Positions 18,368-27,703 of a stretch of 64,000 bases of DNA are shown here, piece by piece. Below the pieces are notes generated by a model, which saw nothing but the letters and a program-made list of their open reading frames with translations, was not told where the DNA came from and ran no database searches. How positions within the stretch are numbered: position 1 is the first letter of the stretch; each line of letters begins with the position of its first letter. The DNA is taken from NCBI GenBank assembly GCA_965262915.1, contig OZ253564.1, forward strand, positions 4,800,001 through 4,864,000, written 5' to 3'. The DNA comes from Candidatus Spongiisociaceae bacterium. GTDB taxonomy: Bacteria > Actinomycetota > Acidimicrobiia > Spongiisociales > Spongiisociaceae. A program made the translations under genes and the position numbers.

Positions 18368-18682
18368 TCACAGGTACGAGTTCTCGCCGGTGGGCGAGTC
18401 GTCCTGCTCCTCAGCAATGATCTGCGACTCCCGGACGGCCACCGCTACCCGCCCGCTCTCCGGCCACAGGAAACGCCACGCCCCGGTGGGAACCGCCCAG
18501 AACCGGAGACCGGTGTGGATATCCACCAGCGACAACGCATCGTTGGTCGATTCGGTCCCGGCGGGGACCAGCAACCCCGATCGCGTGGCGGATTCCTCCA
18601 TGAGATGCCCCACCCGCCATCCGGGCAGGATCCGGTAGCCGTTGGCATCGCGGTGTTCGTTCTTAGTGGCAGCCATACTCAC
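18368..18682 (-). CDS. Hypothetical protein, possibly a divergent GroES/Cpn10 fold
   Basis: EESATRSGLLVP resembles the GroES mobile loop; VAVRESQIIA resembles the GroES C-terminus LILRESDILA. Confidence 0.5.
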   Translation of the reverse strand: MSMAATKNEHRDANGYRILPGWRVGHLMEESATRSGLLVPAGTESTNDALSLVDIHTGLRFWAVPTGAWRFLWPESGRVAVAVRESQIIAEEQDDSPTGENSYL

Positions 18683-18891
18683 CTGGGTTCGGTCGCCTGA
18701 GGGTAGTCGCGTCGGCGGCCGGCTCAGAAGGGCTCAACCGCTCACCGGGCCGGCCCCGGGAGCGTAGCCTCGATATGCGGGAGGCGATCCGCGATCTGCC
18801 CTTCGAGGCGCACCCGCAATTCATCACCGCAGACCATATGCTTTCCCCGACCGTCTGGTACGCGCGGGGGAAGGGAAGTAACCTCCGAGGC

Positions 18892-18983
18892 GGAGGCGAA
18901 CGAGCGCCTGGTGGGCTCCCTGGTCTTCAAAACCAGTGGGGGTACGAGAGTGCCCCGGCGGGTTCGATTCCCGTCCGCCTCCG
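18892..18983 (+). tRNA. selC: tRNA-Sec (anticodon UCA)
   Basis: Acceptor GGAGGCG/CGCCTCC, anticodon arm CTGGT-CTTCAAA-ACCAG, long variable arm GGGGTAC-gaga-GTGCCCC, T arm GCGGG-TTCGATT-CCCGT, discriminator G; CCA not encoded. Confidence 0.95.
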
Positions 18984-19571
18984 CTAACGATAGAAGTATT
19001 TCCCCTAGTAGATACCAGTTTATTGGGTTCTGCTCACTGGTTCGGTTACTGGTGGCGACTGGCGCATTCCTGGGCGAGTTGGGAGACCCTCCACTCGGGC
19101 CGCCGACCCGAAGGATGCGCCGGCCTTTACACGCGACGAGAAGGCCCGACTGCGGGCGTTGATGCCCAAGGCCCTGACCTCGGCCCCGCGAAAGAGCCAT
19201 GCACCCTTTCTCCGCCGAAACATCGTGTCGGCCACAACTGTGCCAAGCGGCCCGAGCACGTGGGTTGCGGGAGGATAGCTCGGTCGCCCATCCTCCTCGG
19301 GCGCCTTCCAAGCCACCGTCATCAACCCGTCCCCGGCCTGCCAAACAAACGAGACACCCGCCCAGTAATCACCGAACGCCGTACCCTGATCACATCCAGC
19401 CTCATCATCCTGTTATCACCACCGCGGATCAGCAAATACTGGGGTTCTTTCGTGTTCGTAAACGTCTCGGCTCTCAGACCAGGAGGCCCCCGCCTGTTCA
19501 AGGACAAACCGCGCCCCGACCGCCGCCGGGGTGTTCACATGACCAGCTCCCTGACCGGCTACCGTGGGGGC

Positions 19572-19979
19572 ATGGCATCCGGATTGGCGGACGATCCGTC
19601 CCGCTTGGTGGTGACCGGCTCGGTCGACGACCCGGGACGTTACGACCTGGAGGATCTTCGGCGCCTGGGAGAGCGCCACGGCGACCTCGGGGACGTAGTG
19701 GTGCGGCTGGGGAATGTGATCGGGAAGGCCCGACCGACGACGGACGCCACGCACGTGTCCGCGGTGAGCGCCGACGGCTCCTACTCGGCCTCCATCCCGC
19801 TCCCGGAAGCGATCGCGAAGGGTGAACTTCATGTGGCGGGTGCATCCGGAGGGAATGCCGCTATCCGGCTCCTGGTGCCCGGTGGCATGACCCTGTGTTG
19901 GAATGTCAAAGGGCTCGGTCGGCTCCGGGTCACCGGGGGACCGGAACCGGATAGCCTCCCGGAGGTCCTGACCCACTGA
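19572..19979 (+). CDS. Small protein resembling a reduced molybdopterin-binding (sulfite oxidase-like) domain
   Basis: L.VTG.V..P..Y.LEDL, ADGSYSASIPL, IRLLVPG...CWNVKGL.RL pattern; stop overlaps the next start. Confidence 0.55.
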   Translation: MASGLADDPSRLVVTGSVDDPGRYDLEDLRRLGERHGDLGDVVVRLGNVIGKARPTTDATHVSAVSADGSYSASIPLPEAIAKGELHVAGASGGNAAIRLLVPGGMTLCWNVKGLGRLRVTGGPEPDSLPEVLTH

Positions 19980-20671
19980 TGGCCGAAGACGGGGGGATCG
20001 CCTTCGGCCGCCTCTTCTCCCAGCGACGAGCGGAACTCGACCTGTCGGTGGTGGACATCGCGGTGCAGACCGGGCGACCGATCGAAGTGGTGGTCGGCTG
20101 GGATCGGGGTACGGCGGTTCCCGACAGCGATGACCTCGCCAAGGTGGCCCAAACCCTCAGGCTCCCGAAGCCTCTGCTGGAAGAGGCGCAGAGGAGGGCT
20201 GTCGCGTACCGGAAGGTCAACCCTCCTCTCGACTCCCTCCCGGACGCGGCGTCATACCGCGAGGAACTGCCGGCCCTGGTGACCAAGCCGGGTGCCGAGC
20301 CGGCTCCTGCGACGATCACCGAGTCCTCGATTCCGCCTGCCGACGCAGCGACCGCTTTCACGTCGAGCGCCATATCGACCGCGTCCGCAGTCGCGTCCAC
20401 CGTGGCCGGCGCTCTGTCGAATGTCCTGAGCGCCGCGTCCGACATGGTCGGCGACATACGAGGGGCCATGAGCCGGAGGCGCCGCCTAGCCCGGGCGCCG
20501 ATCGCGCACCCGTCATACGTGGAGGACCGCGACCAGCTCATCACCTACCGGCTGCGCCTAGTGTTCACCGCTGCCGGAGTGGCAGCCCTGGTTCTGATCC
20601 TCCGCTGGTCCCTCGGCGGGCTCGGCTCGGCCATCGCCGACCTGTGGGAGGCGCTGAGCGGGGCACTGTAG
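19979..20671 (+). CDS. XRE-like HTH protein with C-terminal membrane anchor
   Basis: FGRLFSQRRAELDLSVVDIA..WDRG..VP..L.KVA..L HTH; low-complexity linker; hydrophobic C-terminal helix. Confidence 0.7.
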   Translation: MAEDGGIAFGRLFSQRRAELDLSVVDIAVQTGRPIEVVVGWDRGTAVPDSDDLAKVAQTLRLPKPLLEEAQRRAVAYRKVNPPLDSLPDAASYREELPALVTKPGAEPAPATITESSIPPADAATAFTSSAISTASAVASTVAGALSNVLSAASDMVGDIRGAMSRRRRLARAPIAHPSYVEDRDQLITYRLRLVFTAAGVAALVLILRWSLGGLGSAIADLWEALSGAL

Positions 20672-20719
20672 CTGGAGGAGTTACGAACCTGTCCCGAAAC
20701 ACGGCTAGAGTCACACCTA

Positions 20720-20994
20720 CCAGAGAAAGGAGGTGGTCCGGCTTGTTAGACAGTTCATGTAGGACTCTGGAGGTGGCCGAGCGCTAGCGGTCACGGGTCG
20801 CTTCCGAAAACCCCTCCCGGACGGAGCGGGTTTTCGGGCAGGTGGCGACTCCGACTCGGACCACCGAGTCTTCCCGTCCGCATGTTGGTCCTCATGCGGC
20901 ATCGGTGAGGGGAACAGAAACCCACCGATGAAGTACGGGTCGGCAGCTATCCATATCGAGTGTCGTCGGGGGCCCCGTTAGTGGGGCCCCCGAC
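20720..20994 (+). ncRNA. Candidate stand-alone structured RNA containing a 14-aa sORF
   Basis: Between convergent genes; SD AAAGGAGGTG 20726-20735, sORF 20743-20787, six consecutive helices ending in a perfect 12-bp hairpin 20965-20994. Confidence 0.6.
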
Positions 20995-21060
20995 CCGTGT
21001 GCCTGCCTTGGTGCCCGTACAGGTATGTAATGGACCCCACCGCCGGCCGGCTCTCGGCCC

Positions 21061-22008
21061 CTATCCCAAGCCGTGCTCGGCCAGCCACTCCTCGTTCCAG
21101 ATCTTCGACAGGTAGCCGCGCCCCGAATCCGGCAGCAGCACCACGACCAGCTTCCCGGTGTCCTCGGCGGCCACCTCAGCGGCGGCGTGGACGGCCATCC
21201 CTCCCGAACCCCCCACCAGAAGCCCTTCCGAACGAGCCACGCGGCGCGCCATGTCGAAAGACTGCCGGTCGTCGACCATGACGTAGCGGTCGACCACCTC
21301 CCGGTCGAGGGTCTCGGGCCAGAAGTCCTCCCCCACGCCCTCCACCCTGTACTGGTGGATCTCGTCCTCGCAGGCAGCCGAGTAGATCGACCCTTCGGGA
21401 TCGGCCCCCACCAACTCCACCGCCGGCTTCCTCTCTCGCAGGTACCGGCCCACGCCCGTTATCGTGCCGCCCGTCCCCACCCCGGCCACGAAAACGTCGA
21501 TCTCACCCCCGGTCTGCTCCCAGATCTCCGGGCCGGTGGTCAGGTAGTGTGCTTCGGGATTGAAACGGTTCGAGTACTGATCGGGATTGTAGGCCCCCTC
21601 GATCTCGGCGGTCAGGCGCCGGGCCACGCCGTAGTAGGAGTCCTCGTCCTCGGGAAGGAGTTCGGTGGGAGTGACTATGACCTCCGCTCCGTAGGCCCTG
21701 AGGAGGTCGATCTTCTCGGGCGCAACCTTGTCCGGAACCGTGCAGATCACCCGGTACCCCCGCACCGCCCCCACCATGGCGAGGCCCGCACCGGTATTGC
21801 CCGAGGTGGGCTCCACGATCGTCCCGCCGTCGCTCAGCAGACCCATCTGCTCGGCCCGCTCGATCATGTTCACCGCAATGCGCTCCTTGACGGATCCCGC
21901 CGGGTTCATGAAGTCGACCTTGGCGACCAGATTCCCGGGAACGTGGAGGCGCGAGAGACGGACCAGGGGCGTACCTCCTACCGCCTCGAGGGCACTGTCG
22001 CGTATCAC
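21061..22008 (-). CDS. Cystathionine beta-synthase / cysteine synthase family PLP enzyme (no CBS domains)
   Basis: NPAGSVKERIA, EPTSGNTG, GVGTGGT, VEGVGED, PDSGRGYLSK. Confidence 0.92.
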   Translation of the reverse strand: MIRDSALEAVGGTPLVRLSRLHVPGNLVAKVDFMNPAGSVKERIAVNMIERAEQMGLLSDGGTIVEPTSGNTGAGLAMVGAVRGYRVICTVPDKVAPEKIDLLRAYGAEVIVTPTELLPEDEDSYYGVARRLTAEIEGAYNPDQYSNRFNPEAHYLTTGPEIWEQTGGEIDVFVAGVGTGGTITGVGRYLRERKPAVELVGADPEGSIYSAACEDEIHQYRVEGVGEDFWPETLDREVVDRYVMVDDRQSFDMARRVARSEGLLVGGSGGMAVHAAAEVAAEDTGKLVVVLLPDSGRGYLSKIWNEEWLAEHGLG

Positions 22009-22051
22009 GGGCGGAGATTGTGGTGCCGGGTGCCAGCGACCGGACAGGGGT

Positions 22052-24070
22052 TCACAGCAGGGCCATCATCTCGTCGTAGGAAGCTGCGGGAGTCTGGCAG
22101 ACGCCTCGCTCGCAGACGTAGGCCAGGGTCTGCCCCTCCCTGTGCCGGTCCGCCAGGAGCGGAACCCTGCTGTCCGGCCCGGGCGATGGCGCCACGACGA
22201 TGTTCGGTCGGTAGGTCGAAGCGAGCATCCCCGCCCACTCCAGTGAGGCGGGACCTGTGAGCGCCACCTCCCGGTAGCCCATCTGGGAGGTCGCCAGGAC
22301 GGCCAGCAGGTGCCCGGCCGCGCTGGGAGCGGCCGCCACCAGCCGGTCCGCGGACCGGACGATCTGCTCGTACCGATCGTGGTAGGAGTAGTCCCCGGTC
22401 AGGTGGCCGATTGCCAGGTAGCACTCGGCGGCGAGCGATGCTCCCGAGGCGCTCGGATTGTCCTGCTGGTCGGGGGGACGCACGACGAGGTGGGAGGCAT
22501 CGGCGGAGCTGGCGAACACCACTCCCTCGGGACCGCCGAAGTGGCTCTCGAGCAGGTCGACGAGGTCTCGGGCTTCCTCGAACCACTCCGCCTCCCCGGT
22601 GGCCTGGTACAGCTCGATGAGCCCGAGCGCATAGGAGGCGTGGTCCTCGAGAAAGCCGGCCACCGGCGACAACCCGTTACTCCAGGTGCGGGCCAGGCGC
22701 CCGTCCGGGCGGCGCATCTCCCCCAACACGAACCCGGCGTTGGCCCGGGCCGCGTCGAGGTAACGGCCGTCGCCCAGCACCGAACCGGCCACGGCCAGCG
22801 CCCGTAGCGCGAGGCCGTTCCACACCGTGATGATCTTGTCGTCCAGACCGGGCCGGATCCTCGCTTCCCGCCGTACCAGGAGTCGGGCCTTGGCCCTCCC
22901 GATGGCCGCGGCGGCCTCCTCGGCCGACATCCCGAAGCGCTCACCCACCACCTCGACCGGAAGGGCTTCGTGAAACACGTTGGCGCCCTCGAAGTTCCCG
23001 CCGGGTGTCACACCGAAGTAGGCAGCCGCCGCCGGGCCGTCGTCCGGTCCCACCACCTCGTGGAACTCGGCGTCGTCGAAGACGTAGAACTTGCCCTCCA
23101 CCCCCTCCGAGTCGGCGTCCTCGGCGGCGAAGAACCCGCCCCCGGGGTGCGATAGGTCCCCCATGATGTAATCGAGGGTCTCGATCGCCACGCGGTGGTA
23201 GAGCGGGTCACCGGTCAGCTGTCCGGCCCGGAGATACAGCCGGGCCAGGTCGGCGTTGTCGTAGAGCATCTTCTCGAAGTGGGGCACCAGCCAGATCCGG
23301 TCGACGGAGTAGCGGGCGAACCCCCCTCCCAGGTGATCCCTGATCCCGCCGTGAGCCATCCGGGTGAGGGTCGTGGTGAGCATGGTGCCCGCATCAGGCG
23401 CCCAGGGCTGCCCGGCGACGCGAGTGAGGAACTCGAGGACCGGCGCCTGGGGGAACTTGGGCGCCCCGCCGAGACCTCCGTACTGCGGGTCGAAGTGCTG
23501 CCCTAGCGCTTGGTAGGCCTGGGCCACCCGTCCGGGGTCAGGAAGGTCGTCGGCGGGGGGCAGCGGCACCCCGATGGCGCGGGTCAGCTCCCCCGCCTGG
23601 GTTTGGACATCCGCCCGGCGGTTCTGCCACGCATGGCGGATCGCCTCCAGCACCCGCCGGAAGCTCGGCATGCCGTGGCGGTCCACATCGGGGAAGTAGG
23701 TACCGGCGAAGAAGGGCCTTCCCTCCGGAGTGAGGAACACCGTCATCGGCCACCCTCCCCGCCCCGTCATCGTGTTGACCGCATCCATGTAGATCGAGTC
23801 CACGTCGGGCCGTTCCTCACGGTCGACCTTCACCGAGACGAAGTGGCGGTTCATGAACGCGGCGGTCTCCTGGTCGTGAAACGACTCCCGCTCCATCACA
23901 TGGCACCAGTGACAGGTCGAGTACCCGACGGAGAGCAGGATGGGCCGATCGGACCGTGTGGCCGCGGCGAATGCCTCCTCGCCCCACGGGTACCAGTCGA
24001 CCGGGTTGTCCCGGTGTTGGCGGAGGTAGGGCGAGAGGCCCCGCAGGCCGAGGTCTCTCAGAAGTGGCAT
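22052..24070 (-). CDS. YyaL/DUF255 thioredoxin-domain protein
   Basis: [58 protein letters not shown]. Confidence 0.95.
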   Translation of the reverse strand: MPLLRDLGLRGLSPYLRQHRDNPVDWYPWGEEAFAAATRSDRPILLSVGYSTCHWCHVMERESFHDQETAAFMNRHFVSVKVDREERPDVDSIYMDAVNTMTGRGGWPMTVFLTPEGRPFFAGTYFPDVDRHGMPSFRRVLEAIRHAWQNRRADVQTQAGELTRAIGVPLPPADDLPDPGRVAQAYQALGQHFDPQYGGLGGAPKFPQAPVLEFLTRVAGQPWAPDAGTMLTTTLTRMAHGGIRDHLGGGFARYSVDRIWLVPHFEKMLYDNADLARLYLRAGQLTGDPLYHRVAIETLDYIMGDLSHPGGGFFAAEDADSEGVEGKFYVFDDAEFHEVVGPDDGPAAAAYFGVTPGGNFEGANVFHEALPVEVVGERFGMSAEEAAAAIGRAKARLLVRREARIRPGLDDKIITVWNGLALRALAVAGSVLGDGRYLDAARANAGFVLGEMRRPDGRLARTWSNGLSPVAGFLEDHASYALGLIELYQATGEAEWFEEARDLVDLLESHFGGPEGVVFASSADASHLVVRPPDQQDNPSASGASLAAECYLAIGHLTGDYSYHDRYEQIVRSADRLVAAAPSAAGHLLAVLATSQMGYREVALTGPASLEWAGMLASTYRPNIVVAPSPGPDSRVPLLADRHREGQTLAYVCERGVCQTPAASYDEMMALL

Positions 24071-24524
24071 GGCAGGGCTGGCGTAGGGCGGATGGGTTCC
24101 TCGCGTTCGACCGGGCAATGATACGTAGATGGGCCCACTGAGGCCATATCCGGATCGGGACCGGCTCTCAGCACCTTCCTAGAAATCCGGGAACAAAACT
24201 TGAGAAAAGGGGGTTTAGCAAAGAGACCTGAGTCTGGCATAGTTAGATTAGACATGTCGGCAGGGTGATCGTCGTCAGCACCGTCTCCCCGGGCTTTGCG
24301 CTCGGGAAGACGGGTAGAGTTCGATTACCGGGAGGCCCTGTGTGACAGGCCGGTCGGGGTACGCGTGATGACGTGCGACTGCCCGATCAAGATACGACTG
24401 TGGTTTCCGGCAGTACTAGAGGAGAGTGCCCCTCGGTATCCGGAAGGGGACGGCGGGCATCCGAAACGGCCACGGGAACGGTGGCCTAGGCAACATCGGC
24501 ACGCAATACGTGGAGGAACCCCGC

Positions 24525-25595
24525 ATGGTGGTTGCCAACCGGACTCGGAAGAAGCCCATTCGGAAGAAGGCCGTTCGGAAGAAGCCCGTTCGGAAGAAGG
24601 CCGTTCGGAAGAAGGCCATATCGGCGGCAGAAGCTCGAACCCGGCGGGAACGTGAGCGGAATCGCAGCAAGCTCACCGACGAGCGAGGCCGGCTGACCAC
24701 CGATCTGGTCAGCCAGTATCTCGCCGCCATCGGGGAATACGACCTGCTCACCGCCGAGCAGGAAGTGGAGCTCGCCCAGAAGATCGAGTCCGGGCAGGAA
24801 GCAGCGGCCCGCTTGGAAGAGGGCGGCATCGATGACTTCAAGGAGCGGTTCATCCTTGAGCGCCGGAGGAACAAGGGTCGCGAAGCCAAGGACACCTTCC
24901 TCACCGCCAACCTGCGCCTTGTGGTCGCCAACGCCCGAAGGTACGCCAACACCTCCGGGATCGACTTCCTCGACCTGATCCAGGAGGGGAACCTCGGGCT
25001 GATCAGGGCCGTCGAGAAGTTCGACTGGCGGAAGGGTTTCAAGTTCTCGACCTACGCCACCTGGTGGATCCGCCAGGCCATCACCCGCGCCATCGCCGAC
25101 AAATCCCGGACCGTGCGCATCCCGGTCCACCTCCACGACACGCTGGCCGCAGTCCGGGCGGCCCAGGCCAGCCTGAAGGCCGAGCTGGGCAGGGACCCGA
25201 AGCCGGCCGAGATCGCCGAGGAGGCGGGCGTCACCCTCGACAAGGTGGAACTGGCGCTGAGCGTCTCGGATGCGGCTTCTCTCGAGAAGCCGGTCGGCGA
25301 GGACGGCGCCCAGCTCGGGGACTTCATCGAGGACCAGGACGCCGCCGACCCGGTCCGCATCACCGAGGAACTGGACGTGTCCGAGTGCCTGCGACGCTCC
25401 ATCGATCGTCTCCCCCACCGGGAGGGACGGATCCTCGCCCTGCGGTACGGCTTCCTCGACGGCGTACCGCGAACGCTGGAGGAGATCGGGGAGGAGTTCA
25501 ACCTGACCCGCGAGCGCATCCGCCAACTCGAGAAGCTCGCCCTCTGCCGGCTCCGCCACCCCTCCTTCGGGATACGCGAACAGGACCTGATCTGA
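24525..25595 (+). CDS. Sigma-70 factor, RpoD/SigB group
   Basis: [58 protein letters not shown]; SD GGAGG before ATG 24525. Confidence 0.96.
   Translation: MVVANRTRKKPIRKKAVRKKPVRKKAVRKKAISAAEARTRRERERNRSKLTDERGRLTTDLVSQYLAAIGEYDLLTAEQEVELAQKIESGQEAAARLEEGGIDDFKERFILERRRNKGREAKDTFLTANLRLVVANARRYANTSGIDFLDLIQEGNLGLIRAVEKFDWRKGFKFSTYATWWIRQAITRAIADKSRTVRIPVHLHDTLAAVRAAQASLKAELGRDPKPAEIAEEAGVTLDKVELALSVSDAASLEKPVGEDGAQLGDFIEDQDAADPVRITEELDVSECLRRSIDRLPHREGRILALRYGFLDGVPRTLEEIGEEFNLTRERIRQLEKLALCRLRHPSFGIREQDLI
24546..24620 (+). repeat. 15-bp tandem repeat x5 (RKK[P/A][V/I]) in the sigma N-terminus
   Basis: CGGAAGAAG(G/C)CC(GTT/ATT/ATA) x5, in frame. Confidence 0.95.
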
Positions 25596-25709
25596 CAGGC
25601 ACCGCTCCGCAGCGGTCGGTCAGCATCTGATCGGGGTTGCGAACAAAGGGGTTGACACCGCCGAGCAAGTAGTGCATCTTGAGTGCATCTTGGTAGTCCG
25701 GGAACGGCC

Positions 25710-25745
25710 GTCGCACAGCACTCCAGGGCGGGTGAGGATTGAAAC
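25710..25745 (+). repeat. Solitary CRISPR-like repeat unit (no array, no cas genes)
   Basis: GTCGCACAGCACTCCAGGGCGGGTGAGGATTGAAAC: 36 nt, GTCGC start, ATTGAAAC end, degenerate internal palindrome. Confidence 0.45.
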
Positions 25746-25940
25746 GCGTCGGGGAGCGCCGTGTCGTGTACGGAGCTCGCCTTCGGCTCGGACGGCGACG
25801 ATCCCGGACAGGCAACAATCGACGACCAAGCCGTATCCCGCCTTCACCGATGTGTCGTCGGGGGGTGATTCATGAGCGGAATAGACCGTCGGCATCCTTG
25901 AGGTACAACAAATCCTTAAGGTGCAACGAAAGGAGATCCT

Positions 25941-26189
25941 GTGACCGTGCCGACCTTCGACACACATGCCGCCGTTCGGAAGCTACGCTCCGCGGGGATG
26001 GAGGAGCAGACCGCCGAGAGTGTCGTAGAGATAGTCGACAATGCCACGAACCCGCTGGTGACGGGCTATATGCTCAAGACGGAACTGGCCGGGCTCCGGG
26101 CTGACATGTACCGAGCGCTGTGGATACAGGGTGTGGGTATCGTGGCGGTCGTGGGCGGGATCGTCGGGATCGCGGAGGTCATCAACTGA
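25941..26189 (+). CDS. Small DUF1640/CCDC90-like protein with C-terminal TM helix
   Basis: TFDTHAAVRKLRSAGMEEQTAE motif; SD AAGGAG; hydrophobic C-terminus. Confidence 0.8.
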   Translation: MTVPTFDTHAAVRKLRSAGMEEQTAESVVEIVDNATNPLVTGYMLKTELAGLRADMYRALWIQGVGIVAVVGGIVGIAEVIN

Positions 26190-26253
26190 AGCACGATCCG
26201 AGATCGGGGAGAAGGCAACACGCGGTGCTTCCTCGACCGGTCAGGCGCGCCGG

Positions 26254-27579
26254 TCATACTTCGTAAACGTCACCTTCGGGATAGAACGCGCCCCATACGA
26301 ACCAGAACTCGTTGCGGTGGACGGCGATCCGGAGGCGGGTCCCCGCCAGCGGGCCGCTGACCGCCTCGCCCATGAGGGTCCACTCCGACGAGGTCTCGTT
26401 ATCGCGGAACAGGTCCCCTTCCCTGGTGAAGGTGAGTTCCCGGCCGTCCACCTCGCGCACGTATGCCACACCGGTCCCGATCGACCTCCCCTCGCTCACC
26501 TGCCGGGCGTCGAGCGCGTCGGCGGTGTCACCGCCCCAGAACACGGCTACCTTGACCCCACCCACCGAGTCGTTGACCGCCCCGACCTCGGAGATCGCCG
26601 GGAAGGGGTAGGCGGTGGCCGCCCCGCCCTCGGTGACACCCACCACCCGCTCCAGCGCACGGTATCGGGGATCGATCTCCCCGGTGTAGAACGGGTAGGG
26701 CGCCGACCGCGTCGAGTAGCCCACGTAAGGGTTGGAGCCGTACGGGATGGGGGCCCCGCTCGCGCGGGAGAGGGAGACCCCGTCGGGATAGGAGGCGGCG
26801 AACTCGCCGAAGGCCACGATGGCGGTGGGTACAGGAGCCAACACCGTGCCGGTGGCGCTCCCGACAATGGCCTCCCCGGTCACCTGCTGCCACAGGGAAA
26901 CGGAAACGTCGTCCCACATGACCAGGTCCGAGTTGCGGAGCAGGCCCGACACACCGAAGCGAAGCACCCTGCCGTCCACCCTGCGGTCGAACGCTAACGC
27001 CGTGTTGCACAAGGGGCAGTAGGTGACCGCGACCGGGATCCCCCCGATCTCGTCGTTGACTATCTCATGGCGGTGCAGGATGCTCAACGGGTAGAACCGG
27101 GCCTCCCCGCCCAGCAGAACCAGCGCACCCGGAACACGGGCTTCGAGCCATCCGGACGCGGCCGCCACCGGCTCGAACACCGGGTGGTCGATCGGCGGTA
27201 TGGCGTCACGGGGATCCATCATCTGGATACCCAACAGGAGCTCCCCGAGGTCGATGGAGCTCATCGCCCAGTCGGTAGGCCAGGCTTCCGTTACCTGCTT
27301 CACCAGCGGGTCCAGTTGCTCGGCGGGATCACGATGGGCGACCGTTGTGGTCGTGATCGTCGTGGCCACCGCGGTGATGCTCGGCGGATCTTCTGTGGTG
27401 GCTACCGGCCTGCTTGCCGGTTGCGAAGGCGGCGCAGCGGTGGTCGTGGTGAGGGCCTCCCCACCCGTGGACTCCGGAACGGGGACCGCGGGCAGATCGG
27501 TTTCCTCGCTCTCGGACCCCCCGCAGGAGGCAGCCACGATTGCGAGCATCACGGCGGCGATCACCCAGGACCGGCGCAT
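26254..27579 (-). CDS. DUF3179-family lipoprotein
   Basis: Lipobox VAASC; RDAIPPID.P, HEIVND, TYCPLCN, FGVSGLL.NS.LVM.D, FWF.W.AFYP. Confidence 0.9.
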   Translation of the reverse strand: MRRSWVIAAVMLAIVAASCGGSESEETDLPAVPVPESTGGEALTTTTAAPPSQPASRPVATTEDPPSITAVATTITTTTVAHRDPAEQLDPLVKQVTEAWPTDWAMSSIDLGELLLGIQMMDPRDAIPPIDHPVFEPVAAASGWLEARVPGALVLLGGEARFYPLSILHRHEIVNDEIGGIPVAVTYCPLCNTALAFDRRVDGRVLRFGVSGLLRNSDLVMWDDVSVSLWQQVTGEAIVGSATGTVLAPVPTAIVAFGEFAASYPDGVSLSRASGAPIPYGSNPYVGYSTRSAPYPFYTGEIDPRYRALERVVGVTEGGAATAYPFPAISEVGAVNDSVGGVKVAVFWGGDTADALDARQVSEGRSIGTGVAYVREVDGRELTFTREGDLFRDNETSSEWTLMGEAVSGPLAGTRLRIAVHRNEFWFVWGAFYPEGDVYEV

Positions 27580-27703
27580 GAGGAACCCCCGGTACCGAAA
27601 CTCCAGCATGATAATGCCCTCAGAATAGGCGAACCGGTGAGTTAGACGGACCGGCCCCCCCATTGGCGGGGACCGCCGGGCGAGCACGACCCGGGCCGGG
27701 CCG

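Noticed and set aside
18936-19571. N-terminal extension of the 347-aa ORF 18936..19979
   Set aside because: It overlaps tRNA-Sec and non-coding-like sequence; the gene more plausibly starts at 19572
25746-25900. Further CRISPR repeats after the solitary unit
   Set aside because: A segment ending GGCAAC at about the right spacing shares too little identity to call an array
26254-27579. DUF3179 protein as a second selenoprotein
   Set aside because: The frame is open with an ordinary CPLC motif and no in-frame TGA
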